DNA of 64,000 nucleotides from Spirochaetota bacterium (GCA_016933025.1 JAFGBT010000034.1:518-64517), one strand, 5' to 3'; counted from the first letter of the stretch, positions 28,277-37,860 are shown. Program-made: numbers and translations. Notes: generated by a model from the letters alone, not told the origin.

Positions 28277-29532
28277 GCGTTATTTTTTATGCAGCCATCC
28301 CAGGCCAGGGAGTCATCCGGGCCCCGGACATCGCCCTCAGCGGCGTGCGCTATGCCCTGCATGTGCTGGTAGTGGTATTTTTTAAAGACGGTAATGTATC
28401 CATCAACCATCTTTTTCCATTCGTAATTCGTTATGGTGTACGTTTTTGCCCTGTCCCCGAACTGCTGGAGGTGGCTTCGGTCGGAGAGGAGGCCCTGTAT
28501 TTTTTTTATCCAGAGCGTTTCTTTCTCCGGCGGGACCAGGAATCCGTTTTTTCCGTCGATGACCGCGCATGTTATGCCTTCCATGGCGGAGGCGAGCACT
28601 GGGGTTCCGTTCACCGACGCCTCGAGCGCCACCAGGCCGAAGCCCTCGGCGTCGCCGGCTACCTTGATGTTCGGCATCACGAAGAGGTCGGCATGCTTGA
28701 GAATCTGGACCATGTCCTCGAACTGCAGCTTGCCGAGGTAGAAGGCCCTGTTTTTGATCTCCGGCTTCTCGAGCGCACTCTGGACTTCGATCTCGTCAAG
28801 GGCGAGGCCGAGTCCCAGGGTCAGCAGGTGCGAGAGGCGGTTGGGGAGCAAACTGAGGATGAAACTGATGGTGTGTATGTTCGGATCGGTCGGCCCGACG
28901 ATGAGATAGATGATGCTCGGGTCGAGCTGCGGGAGCACCTTCGTCACGAACCAGGAGAATCCCTTGCGCCGCACGCTCCTGCCGATGGAGACGAGTATCT
29001 TTTTATCCTGCAGGGATATGCCGAGCTTCTTCTCCAGCGTTTTGCGGAAGCCGGGCTGCTTGTTGATCAGGGCCATGTCCGTGTCGACGCCGTTCCGCAC
29101 CACGTATACCCGGTCGCGTTTGAAGCCGCGCTTGATACACTCCTGCGCGGTCGCCTGGCTCACGGCGATCACCCCGTCAAGTTTCTTGAAGGTGTCCACC
29201 ACGTGGCGCTGGTAGAGCTGGCTCGGCAGGACGATGTCGAGGCCGTGCAGGGTGAGGAGGACCGGGAGCGACGTTATTCTCTTGATCGCGAGACCGCAGA
29301 AGCCCATGAGCCCGTCGTTCAGGTGGATGACCGAGATGTTTGGGTTCTCCCGGAGAATTCTTCTTACTTTCAGGGGAACGGTCAGCAGGAACCTGAGTCT
29401 GCTGGTCCGGTTGTCGTAGATCAGGGTGTGGACCTTGTGCGACCTGGCCACGCCGTTGATGAGCTCATAACTCTGTTTTTCCATGCCTCCGATGGAAGGC
29501 GGATACTTATGAGTTATAAACAGTATTTCCAT
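28273..29532 (-). CDS. GT4 glycosyltransferase
   Basis: YPPSIGGME, VRNGVD, RRKG, EGFGLVALEA. Confidence 0.92.
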   Translation of the reverse strand: MEILFITHKYPPSIGGMEKQSYELINGVARSHKVHTLIYDNRTSRLRFLLTVPLKVRRILRENPNISVIHLNDGLMGFCGLAIKRITSLPVLLTLHGLDIVLPSQLYQRHVVDTFKKLDGVIAVSQATAQECIKRGFKRDRVYVVRNGVDTDMALINKQPGFRKTLEKKLGISLQDKKILVSIGRSVRRKGFSWFVTKVLPQLDPSIIYLIVGPTDPNIHTISFILSLLPNRLSHLLTLGLGLALDEIEVQSALEKPEIKNRAFYLGKLQFEDMVQILKHADLFVMPNIKVAGDAEGFGLVALEASVNGTPVLASAMEGITCAVIDGKNGFLVPPEKETLWIKKIQGLLSDRSHLQQFGDRAKTYTITNYEWKKMVDGYITVFKKYHYQHMQGIAHAAEGDVRGPDDSLAWDGCIKNNA

Positions 29533-30580
29533 CTTCCAGGCTCCCGGTTTTACGTATGATGTAAATGAGGGCGATGAATCCGAATCCGATCCAGAAAAGC
29601 TGTCGGGCGCGCCGCAGTATGGAGACCGTGATCCAGACCCCGGACCCGGGCACGTTGATGAATTCGAGCATTACCTTGTTGGCGTATTCCTCGATGCCGA
29701 TCTGGCCCGGCACGAACGCCCCCAGTCCCTTGAATACCATGACCCCCACCTCGACGGCCACGCACGAGAGGAACGACGCCTTCAGGCCGAGAAGGTAGAG
29801 GATCACCCAGAATTCCATCGCGCCCATGAACCAGCTTCCCAGCGAGAGGAGAAAGGCCGTGATAAAGTTGGCCTTTTTGGTTTTGTAAAAATCTATCAGC
29901 TCCCCGTCGACCTCTTTCAGCTTTGCTATCGCTCTTTCCAGCCGCTCCGATTCCGGGAACTTCTTCCGGAGAAGCCGCATGGTGCGCACCGGCAGAAAGA
30001 GGATTCCGCCGCCGCTGCCGAGGCGGTAAATGAAGAAGACCAGGAGCGCGAATAGTATGCCGATGGTGATCACCATGGAAACGGCGCCGGCCCTGAACCT
30101 GAGCTGATCGAAGAAGAGGTACACTCCGATCATGATGAGGGTGAGCGCAGAAAAAAGGACGAGGAAGCGCGAGATCGTCAGGGAGACGATGCTGTCCTTG
30201 TACGGGATGTTTTTCCTTTTCAGCAGCAGCGCCTTGAGCGCCTCCCCGGCGATGACATTGGTCGGGTTGATCTGGGCCAGGCTTTCGCCTATCTGCCTGA
30301 TAACAAAAAGCAGTGACGTCGAGATGTGGCCCGGATAGTTGTAGAACGAGAGCTTCCACGCTAAAGTCACCATAAGGTAGGCAATGAAGGTCACGGCGAT
30401 GAGAAATACAAACCTGACGTTGATGAGCCTCAGCTCGTCCGCGATGCCGGAGAGATTGGACTTCGATGCGAACCAGTAGATTAGGAAAATCCCGAGCGCG
30501 AGTCCGCCTCCCCTCAGGAGATGGCGGGCCCAGTTTTTTTTTGGCGCCTGTTTCTCCATATTTTCAGGCCGTACCTTCAT
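29507..30580 (-). CDS. LPG-synthase-TM / flippase-like membrane protein (UPF0104)
   Basis: Multi-TM; IAGEALK, FVPGQIGIEE, ILRR. Confidence 0.8.
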   Translation of the reverse strand: MKVRPENMEKQAPKKNWARHLLRGGGLALGIFLIYWFASKSNLSGIADELRLINVRFVFLIAVTFIAYLMVTLAWKLSFYNYPGHISTSLLFVIRQIGESLAQINPTNVIAGEALKALLLKRKNIPYKDSIVSLTISRFLVLFSALTLIMIGVYLFFDQLRFRAGAVSMVITIGILFALLVFFIYRLGSGGGILFLPVRTMRLLRKKFPESERLERAIAKLKEVDGELIDFYKTKKANFITAFLLSLGSWFMGAMEFWVILYLLGLKASFLSCVAVEVGVMVFKGLGAFVPGQIGIEEYANKVMLEFINVPGSGVWITVSILRRARQLFWIGFGFIALIYIIRKTGSLEDGNTVYNS

Positions 30581-30593
30581 CCGGTCCCTCGTT

Positions 30594-31763
30594 CTATTGT
30601 TTCCGACCGGAGATGATTTTTTCGAATGACCTGAACATCTCCGTGCAGAGGACGTCCCATTTCTGCGAGCGGGCGTAGGCAACGGCGTTCGCGCTCATCC
30701 GCTTCAGGGCCGCCGGGTTGTCGACGAGGTATATCAGTTTTTCGCAGAAGGCATCGACGTTTTTCGGCTCGACCAGAAACCCGGTTTTGCCTTCTTTTAT
30801 AATGCCCATTTGCCCGCCCTTTGCCGCCGCCACCACCGGCAGGCCGGAAGCCAGCGCCTCCAGGTTCACGTTGCCGAAGGTTTCCGTGATGGAGGGGAAC
30901 AGAAAGATATCGCATGAAGCGTAAATCCGCTCGAGCTCCCTGTTGATAAGCTTGCCGGTGAAGACCGCGCCGGGCATTCGCTTCTCCATGTATTTTTTCT
31001 GGGGACCGTCGCCGGTGATGACCATGGTGATTCCCGGGTGCGTCTTTCTCAGCTTCCGGTGGATCTTCACGATCGTCTCGATCTCCTTGATCCAGTAGAG
31101 CCTGCTCACGAACAGGATGCGGATACTGTTTTTACCGCACAGCCGGTCAATGTACGCGTTGTCCCGCTTGCGCGGGTTGAACTTTTTCATGTCAATTCCC
31201 CGCGCCCAGATGACCATTCGTTTTCGCTCGATGCCCAGGTCGGCGAGCTCGTCGAGCACCGGTTTTGTGGGGACATAGACCGCGTCGCAGTTGTTGTAGT
31301 AGAACCTGAGGAGGAGCGGCACCAGCATGCCGAGCGGCTTTAGGAAGGGCAGGAACTTGAAGTAATAATTGACATAGGTCGGATAATGGGTGTGGTATGT
31401 GGCCACCAGGGGGAGATTGTGCTTCTGCGCGTACCTCAGGGCGTATCGGCCCAGGTATGTAGGGGCTATGAAGAATATCAAATCCGGCCTGAAACTGTCA
31501 ACCGCGGCCTTCAGCTTTTGATCAAAATATGGAAATGCCACGCGGTAGCCCTTCATCATGGGGAGGGGCACGTACCTGCACGTGATGACGGGGTAGGGAA
31601 GCTTCACGCCCTCGGACGGAGGCAGGGGCGTGATGAAAATGAACTCGAACCTGTCGCGGGGAATGCGCTCGATGATATTGAAGAGCGTGTAGGTGACCCC
31701 GTCGAGATTTTCCTTCAGTACATCCGTGAAGAGCGCGACCCTGATCTTATCCTTTTTTTTCAT
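30594..31763 (-). CDS. GT4 glycosyltransferase (glycolipid synthase-like)
   Basis: VALFTD, TYHTHY, WARGID, FPSITETFGNVNLEALASGLP. Confidence 0.92.
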   Translation of the reverse strand: MKKKDKIRVALFTDVLKENLDGVTYTLFNIIERIPRDRFEFIFITPLPPSEGVKLPYPVITCRYVPLPMMKGYRVAFPYFDQKLKAAVDSFRPDLIFFIAPTYLGRYALRYAQKHNLPLVATYHTHYPTYVNYYFKFLPFLKPLGMLVPLLLRFYYNNCDAVYVPTKPVLDELADLGIERKRMVIWARGIDMKKFNPRKRDNAYIDRLCGKNSIRILFVSRLYWIKEIETIVKIHRKLRKTHPGITMVITGDGPQKKYMEKRMPGAVFTGKLINRELERIYASCDIFLFPSITETFGNVNLEALASGLPVVAAAKGGQMGIIKEGKTGFLVEPKNVDAFCEKLIYLVDNPAALKRMSANAVAYARSQKWDVLCTEMFRSFEKIISGRKQ

Positions 31764-31908
31764 ATGTGATGCTGTCCACCGGTTTATTATATACCCGTTA
31801 CGCGGGTAGTGGCCTGAAGTATTTTTTCAGGGCTTCGGAAGATGTCCGCCGCCGAAAGCTCGGTGAAGCCTGAAGAAAAATATCAGAAGCAGTTTTCAAA
31901 ACGCCGAC

Positions 31909-31937
31909 AGGATACCGACGCAAATTTTCTCTGTCAA
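31909..31937 (-). promoter_or_regulatory. Sigma70-type promoter of the GT4 operon
   Basis: TTGACA-N17-TATCCT on the minus strand, ~140 nt upstream of ATG 31763. Confidence 0.55.
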
Positions 31938-32191
31938 GGATTATGTTTTTTTATTTTCAGTACGAAGAAGAATGAGCGCGGCTAAAAAAATACAATTGTA
32001 TCATTATTGCAACAAGGGAAAGTGGTCCTCCCGCTTTCAGCGGGGGGCCCGGAAATGTTGTAATGCCTGCACGCATGGCGCACACATCTGCGGAGGAAAC
32101 TATCGTACGTTTTCCCCGCCTTCATGCAGGGAGCCCGTGTCATATTAATGTAGGCGCGTGCTTTCAGCGCGCGCCGCAGCAATGCTATGTC

Positions 32192-33376
32192 CTACTCGTA
32201 CCGCAGCGCGTCGATCGGATTGAGGCGCGACGCTTTCTTGGCCGGATAGTAGCCGAAGCCGATGCCGACGAGTGCGGAAAATATGAACGAGAGGAATATC
32301 GACGAAAGGGAGAGGACAAACGGCTGGTTGACCGCCAGCGTGTAGATGAGATACATCAGAATCCCCCCGATGATGCCGAGGATGCCGCCGATGGCGCTGA
32401 TGATCAGGGCCTCGATGAGAAACTGGCGGAGGATGTCCTTCGTCTTCGCGCCGATGGCCATGCGGATCCCTATCTCATGCGTGCGCTCGCTCACCGACGC
32501 GAGCATGATGTTCATGATGCCGATGCCGCCGACGATGAGAGAAATCCCCGCAATGGCCAGAGCGGCCAGGGAGAGGTACGCCGAAATTTCCTCGGTCTTC
32601 TGGATCGCTTCCTTGAACGAAGAAACTTTATAGTCCTGCATCTGCTCGGGCGAGAGCGAATATTTATTCTGGAGGAAGTCGAGAAGGTCTTTCTTCACGG
32701 CGTCGACCTGGGTCTCGGAATACGTGGCTATGTTGATCAGGAAAAAGTTCCTGGTCCCGAAGAGCTTCATCGCCATGGTCGAATAGGGGCCCGCGATGAA
32801 ATCGTCAAAATCGGTTCCTCCGAGCGACATACCCTTTTCCTGAAGGCAGCCGACGATCCTGAACGGAATGCGGTTGATGAGGATGACCTTGCCGATAGGG
32901 TCCTCGTTTTCAAAAAAATGTTTTTTGATGCCGCTTCCCACGATTGCCACCTTCTCATAGGAAATGATGTCAGACTTTGAAAAATAGCTTCCGCTTTCTA
33001 TCTCCCAGTTGCCCATCTTGAAATATTCGTTGCTGACGCCGAAGACCTTCCGGTTGAGGTTCTTGTTCTTGTACTTGACCGGGAACTCCCATGAGTTCAT
33101 CGGCGTTATGTACTGGACCTCGGGAATGTATTTACGGATATCCTCCAGGTCGTTCTCGGTGAACGGCTTCTTCACGGACATCATCATGATTGCGTTGGTC
33201 CCGAAGCTCTGTATCTTGTCGCGGACGGCTATCCGCAGGCTGTTGCTGACCCCGGCCAGGAGTATAACGGAAAGCACTCCTATGATGATGCCGAGGCAGG
33301 TGAGAAACGTGCGCATCTTGTTCCTCTGGAGCGCTCGCAGCGCAACTATGGAAAGGTTCTGGACGCTCATGCTCAT
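32192..33376 (-). CDS. MacB/FtsX-type ABC transporter permease
   Basis: RTFLTCLGIIIGV, VGGIGIMNIMLASVSERTHEIGIRMAIGA, GYYPAKKASRLNPIDALRYE. No ATPase domain. Confidence 0.93.
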   Translation of the reverse strand: MSMSVQNLSIVALRALQRNKMRTFLTCLGIIIGVLSVILLAGVSNSLRIAVRDKIQSFGTNAIMMMSVKKPFTENDLEDIRKYIPEVQYITPMNSWEFPVKYKNKNLNRKVFGVSNEYFKMGNWEIESGSYFSKSDIISYEKVAIVGSGIKKHFFENEDPIGKVILINRIPFRIVGCLQEKGMSLGGTDFDDFIAGPYSTMAMKLFGTRNFFLINIATYSETQVDAVKKDLLDFLQNKYSLSPEQMQDYKVSSFKEAIQKTEEISAYLSLAALAIAGISLIVGGIGIMNIMLASVSERTHEIGIRMAIGAKTKDILRQFLIEALIISAIGGILGIIGGILMYLIYTLAVNQPFVLSLSSIFLSFIFSALVGIGFGYYPAKKASRLNPIDALRYE

Positions 33377-33495
33377 GTCAGCACGCTCCCCGCGTGGCGG
33401 TGCGGCGGACCCGCGACTTTATGGATGGTGATCGGTGCATTGCGGGTAAATTGTCATCCGTATGGCGGGTCAGTCAAGGAAAAAACATGGGGCGG

Positions 33496-34527
33496 CTATT
33501 TCCATATTTTTTTTGCCGCAAAGCACAGGAAGGCGACAACGGCGCTGGCGGTGAAGACGATGACGTGGTAGCCGAAGCCGGTGAAGATCGCGTCGTGCTG
33601 GCTCATGCCGACCAGCATGAACCCCCCGGTCCACCCGGCTTCGAGGGTGCCGAAGCTCCCGAAGGTGTTGATCGGAAGGACATTGGTCAGCACGCCGCCC
33701 GTCGACCCGGCGACCGACTGCAGCAGGCCGATCTCGATGCCGAACGACCGTATTGATAGGTAAAAGAGGAGATAGAGCGCGATCCAGGTGAGGATGCTGG
33801 TCAGGGCAAGGAGGGGGATAAACCTTCCCGCCCGGAACGACGAGAACTCCTCGACCACGACGTCGATTTTCCCGAGTACCTTCGCGACAAGCGGCCGTTC
33901 AACCATCCCCGTTTTTTTCGTAATGACATGGAACAATTTCCCGGACCATATCACCAGCCATTTCAGGTTAAACAGGATTACGATCGAAAGGGCGAGGAAA
34001 AGGAGGCCGACAGCCACGAGCGCCGGCGAGGTCTTTTTCCCGAAGAAGAGTATGATCGAGCAGATGAAAAAGGCCGCAATGACGATAATGTCAAAGATTC
34101 TGGTGACCACCAGGATGTGCAGACCCTTGGATAGGTCGACGTTCCCGATCTTCTTCATATAATAAACAAAGGTCAGCTCGCCGGTGCGCGCCGGCATGAT
34201 CTGGTTGAAGAAGTTGTGATAGCTGGTGATAACGAAGAGGTCGACGAGACTGATCGCATGTCCCCCGAGCATCACCTTGATCCTGAGCATTTTGAAGAAA
34301 TCAGCCGCGAAGTAGGTGACAAAACATGCGGCTATCAGGCGCGCGTTCGCGTTGCGGATGATCTCGAAGGACTTCCCTATGTCAAGCTTGCTCAAGAGAA
34401 AATAGCCGAGGGAGAGCGACAGCACAAGGAAGATCGCCGTCCTGGCGCTGAAAATCCGCCGCTTTCGTTCGGTGAGGATCTGGTCGGCGCCCTGTGGCGC
34501 CTGCTGGCTGTTTGGCTGGGATGGCAT
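33496..34527 (-). CDS. LPG-synthase-TM / flippase-like membrane protein
   Basis: FFNQIMPARTGEL, TRIFD, LPINTFGSFGTLEAG. Confidence 0.85.
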   Translation of the reverse strand: MPSQPNSQQAPQGADQILTERKRRIFSARTAIFLVLSLSLGYFLLSKLDIGKSFEIIRNANARLIAACFVTYFAADFFKMLRIKVMLGGHAISLVDLFVITSYHNFFNQIMPARTGELTFVYYMKKIGNVDLSKGLHILVVTRIFDIIVIAAFFICSIILFFGKKTSPALVAVGLLFLALSIVILFNLKWLVIWSGKLFHVITKKTGMVERPLVAKVLGKIDVVVEEFSSFRAGRFIPLLALTSILTWIALYLLFYLSIRSFGIEIGLLQSVAGSTGGVLTNVLPINTFGSFGTLEAGWTGGFMLVGMSQHDAIFTGFGYHVIVFTASAVVAFLCFAAKKIWK

Positions 34528-34529
34528 GG

Positions 34530-35501
34530 CTATTTCTTCCCGGCGCCTTTTTTCTTCTCGCCCGTGTCCGCGGCCGTCTTCCTGAGGCGGTACTGGATGT
34601 CCTCCAGGAGCATGCGGTTGACAGACATCAGGTCGACGATAAGCGCCGCCAGCATGGACTGGAACCCCATCACGATGAGTATGCTCGCCAGGATGAGGGA
34701 CTGTATGTGGCCGGTGCCGGCGCCGGTGATGAAATAATAGAGGAATCTGATGCCGATACCAACGCCGATCAGGAAGAGGGCGACGCCGATCCCGATGAAG
34801 AAGCTGAACGGTTCGTAGACCGCGAATATTCTGAATATGGTGATCACCGAGCGCTTGATGTAGCTGGGTATGCTCTTGACGAGCCGGGAGGGCCGCAGGT
34901 CCTCATTGACGCGCACCGGCACCCATGTGATGGCCATGTTTTTCCGTCCCGCCTGGATGATCGTCTCCAGGGTGTAGGTATAGGCGTTGAAGACGTTCAG
35001 CTTCATCGCGGCGTCCCTGCTGATGGCCCGGAAGCCGCTTGGCGCGTCCGGGATGTCGGTGTTGCTCACGCGCCTCACCACGTAGCTCCCGAATTTCTGC
35101 AGCAGCTTCTTGATGATCGAAAAATGACGTATCTCCGCGATGGGCCGCGCACCGATCACGTAATCTGCCTTCCCGTCGAGAATCGGCTGGATCAGCTTCG
35201 GTATGTCGCCGGCGTTGTATTGGTTGTCGGCGTCGGTGTTGACGATGATGTCGGCGCCAAGCGAGATGCAGGCGTCCATTCCCGCCTTGAAGCCCTCGGC
35301 GAGCCCGCGGTTCTTCTTAAACGACACGACATGGTCCACCCCGTGCCGCTTCGCCACCTCGACGGTCCTGTCCGTGCTTCCGTCGTCGATGACGAGCCAT
35401 TCGATGGTATCGATGCCCGGAAGCCTCCTGGGGAGCTCCCGTAAAGCCGTCGGGAGCGTTTTTTCCTCGTTATAGCATGGGATCTGTATGATGAGCTTCA
35501 T
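34530..35501 (-). CDS. GT2 polyprenol-phosphate glycosyltransferase (DPM synthase/GtrB-like)
   Basis: IPCYNEE, IDDGSTD, NTDADNQY, two C-terminal TM helices. Confidence 0.92.
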   Translation of the reverse strand: MKLIIQIPCYNEEKTLPTALRELPRRLPGIDTIEWLVIDDGSTDRTVEVAKRHGVDHVVSFKKNRGLAEGFKAGMDACISLGADIIVNTDADNQYNAGDIPKLIQPILDGKADYVIGARPIAEIRHFSIIKKLLQKFGSYVVRRVSNTDIPDAPSGFRAISRDAAMKLNVFNAYTYTLETIIQAGRKNMAITWVPVRVNEDLRPSRLVKSIPSYIKRSVITIFRIFAVYEPFSFFIGIGVALFLIGVGIGIRFLYYFITGAGTGHIQSLILASILIVMGFQSMLAALIVDLMSVNRMLLEDIQYRLRKTAADTGEKKKGAGKK

Positions 35502-35516
35502 TGGAGAACCTCGGGG

Positions 35517-37220
35517 TTATGGTATAAATTTATATAGGTAGCTCGTTATTCCGCCCTTCGTCTGGAATGTTTCGATGAGCCGGAAATGCCCGGTCTTTTC
35601 GCCCTTGTCCCTGATCTCCCTGAAAATCCAGGCCCTGCGGTCTATGGCGTTCGGGTCCTTCACCTTCAGCCGCCTGATGTAAAAGTCGTCGACGAAGACG
35701 TAGGTCGTCTTCAGCTTTCTCAGCTCGGGGACAAGTTCCTCTATCGTGTTCCCGCGTATCAGAAACGATATGATGAATTTTTTATCGCCGAAGCCGGAAT
35801 AATACTTCGGAACGTTGGTCTCCGAGATCAGCATCCGGTCTCCGTCCACGGCATGGTCTTTGTACCAGAGCGAGACCTTCTTGAACTCGACCCGCGAGAG
35901 GCCGTGGTGATCAAGGGCCCTGACGCCGTAGTAGACCGACAGGTTAATGGCGATGCCGCACGCGAGGACAAGGAGCGCGGCGGTGATGATGTCCTTCTTG
36001 TCCTGACCGCCGATTATGATGGCGGCCGCAAGAGAGGAGAAGCCGAGGGCGAATATGAAATGGAGCGGCGTGTTGATCCGCGCGATCGCCCCGAGGGAAA
36101 TGATGTATACGATCCCCCCGGCGCATATCAGCGCCGCACGGATGCCCGCCAGGGGCTTCGGCGAGAGCCGGGATGCGACGCGTCCGAGCCACGGGTATAT
36201 GCCGCGGGATAGCCCGTAAAACAGGAAGAGGTTCAGTATCCACAAGACCGGCATGACGTACCGGTCCTTGGTGTTCTGGTAGATCAGGTGGATCAGGAGG
36301 AAACCGGCGAAAAAGACGAATATCGGCGCGAACTCTCTCCTTTTTTCCCTGAATACGAGTACCGCCCCCCAGATGACCCCCGTCACCGTGACGATGCCGA
36401 TGAGGGCGACGAAGGCGAGCATTGAGATTCTTGCCCACTGGTTTTCCGAGAACCAGGCATCGGTCGCCATCCACTGGAGGAAGCCTCCTGCCACCAGGAA
36501 ACAGTCGATGATAAAGCGGTATATATTCGGGCCCCGGTGCGCGATCTCGCTCACGTAGGTCTGCCCCCGGGTGTTGATGATGCTGAGGGCGAGCCACGCC
36601 GCAACGCCGGTCGTGGCGCATGCGCCCAGTACGAGCGCCGGGATCCTTTTTTTTCGGTAAAAAAAATCGCGGAACATCACGGCCGGGACGATGAATACTG
36701 AGTCCCATTTGGTTATCGCGGTGAGAAACGCGGCAGCGTATGAGAATTTTGATTCGCGCAGCGACAGGTAGAGAGAGAGCAGGATCAGGAGCGACAGCAC
36801 CATCTCGAGTTCGGAGTTGATCGCCATGTAGACGGTGTACACGTTCACGCCGAGAAAGAGAAGGGAGGCCGGGGCTGCCTGTCCCGGAAGGAACCGACGG
36901 TACATGATGAAGGCGAGTATGAGGTACGGAACCAGCAGCGCCATGTTTAAAATGATGGCCGTCAGGTATACGGGGTCCCCCGAAGTCGACGGGTTCAGGC
37001 GGGTCAGGAACGAAAGGAGCAGGGGGTAGAGCGGAAGGAATTTGTAACTGCTCCCCGGGAAATCGCCCTGCATGTACTCGATCACCGGTCCTCGGATGTT
37101 CCCGATGTAATCGCCGGTGGGGGTCTCAAAGTAGTTGAAATAAAATACGCCATACCCGATTGCGACGGCGAGTATCGCCGCCGTGAGTATGCGTCCTGCC
37201 GTAAGATCTTTGTAATTCAT
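35517..37220 (-). CDS. Polytopic membrane protein, probable GT-C glycosyltransferase
   Basis: TGDY after TM1, FLPLYPLLL, NSELE, KDRYVMP, many TMs and a C-terminal soluble domain. Co-oriented with GT2 and flippase genes. Confidence 0.65.
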   Translation of the reverse strand: MNYKDLTAGRILTAAILAVAIGYGVFYFNYFETPTGDYIGNIRGPVIEYMQGDFPGSSYKFLPLYPLLLSFLTRLNPSTSGDPVYLTAIILNMALLVPYLILAFIMYRRFLPGQAAPASLLFLGVNVYTVYMAINSELEMVLSLLILLSLYLSLRESKFSYAAAFLTAITKWDSVFIVPAVMFRDFFYRKKRIPALVLGACATTGVAAWLALSIINTRGQTYVSEIAHRGPNIYRFIIDCFLVAGGFLQWMATDAWFSENQWARISMLAFVALIGIVTVTGVIWGAVLVFREKRREFAPIFVFFAGFLLIHLIYQNTKDRYVMPVLWILNLFLFYGLSRGIYPWLGRVASRLSPKPLAGIRAALICAGGIVYIISLGAIARINTPLHFIFALGFSSLAAAIIIGGQDKKDIITAALLVLACGIAINLSVYYGVRALDHHGLSRVEFKKVSLWYKDHAVDGDRMLISETNVPKYYSGFGDKKFIISFLIRGNTIEELVPELRKLKTTYVFVDDFYIRRLKVKDPNAIDRRAWIFREIRDKGEKTGHFRLIETFQTKGGITSYLYKFIP

Positions 37221-37380
37221 GCCTCAAACCCTATGAAGTCGGCGGTCCGTTCATTACGGATGATGACGCTCTCGGGGCAGGGATGTCAAGATACTTTGCG
37301 GGCCAGCGGCCGGAAATTTTCATTATAGATAGCGCCGTTCCCTCACGCTGCAGGAGCGGAGCCGTGCCGCCTCATTGTCA

Positions 37381-37409
37381 TTGACAACCGACGGGACCGT
37401 GGGTATATT
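37381..37409 (+). promoter_or_regulatory. Sigma70-type promoter immediately before the cereblon-like gene
   Basis: TTGACA(37381-86)-N17-TATATT(37404-09); ATG at 37416. Confidence 0.6.
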
Positions 37410-37415
37410 ATTCCC

Positions 37416-37859
37416 ATGGAATGTCACGGGGGAGAAGTCCGGGGCGCGGCTCCCTGTGCGCCCGTTCCCGTCCACGCCCTCCAGCAGGTTGAGGAGCGGC
37501 CCGGGGTGGAAGCCGGCCTCAAGGAACGGGAGGGTGACGAACCGGAGGATGAGAAAAAGTACATTCTCTGCAGGTTTTGCAGAAATGCCGTTACGTCGGA
37601 TGATTTGAGGATCGAGATGGACGGCTCTCACGAACACTCATTCATGAACCCCGCCGGCATTGTATTCCGTATAGGCTGCTTTTCCATGGCCGGGGGATGC
37701 CTCATCATGGGGATACCCACCACCGAATATACCTGGTTTCCCGGGTTCGCCTGGTGCTACGTCGTCTGCTCAAGCTGTCTCACGCACCTTGGCTGGCACT
37801 ATCGGTCGGGGGCGACCGGTTTTTTCGGGCTCATTCTTGACCGGCTGGCAGTCCAGTGA
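37416..37859 (+). CDS. Cereblon-family (CULT / thalidomide-binding domain) protein
   Basis: Zn ligands CRFC and CSSC; HSFMNPAG; EYTWFPGFAW; HLGWHY; FFGLI. Confidence 0.9.
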   Translation: MECHGGEVRGAAPCAPVPVHALQQVEERPGVEAGLKEREGDEPEDEKKYILCRFCRNAVTSDDLRIEMDGSHEHSFMNPAGIVFRIGCFSMAGGCLIMGIPTTEYTWFPGFAWCYVVCSSCLTHLGWHYRSGATGFFGLILDRLAVQ

Positions 37860-37860
37860 G

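Noticed and set aside
32012-32140. Cobalamin riboswitch or RNase P RNA (aagggaaagt...)
   Set aside because: Lacks the other conserved elements (GGTG.AA.TCC, GCCACTG, B12 box; GGAAAGTCC), and there is no appropriately oriented downstream gene.
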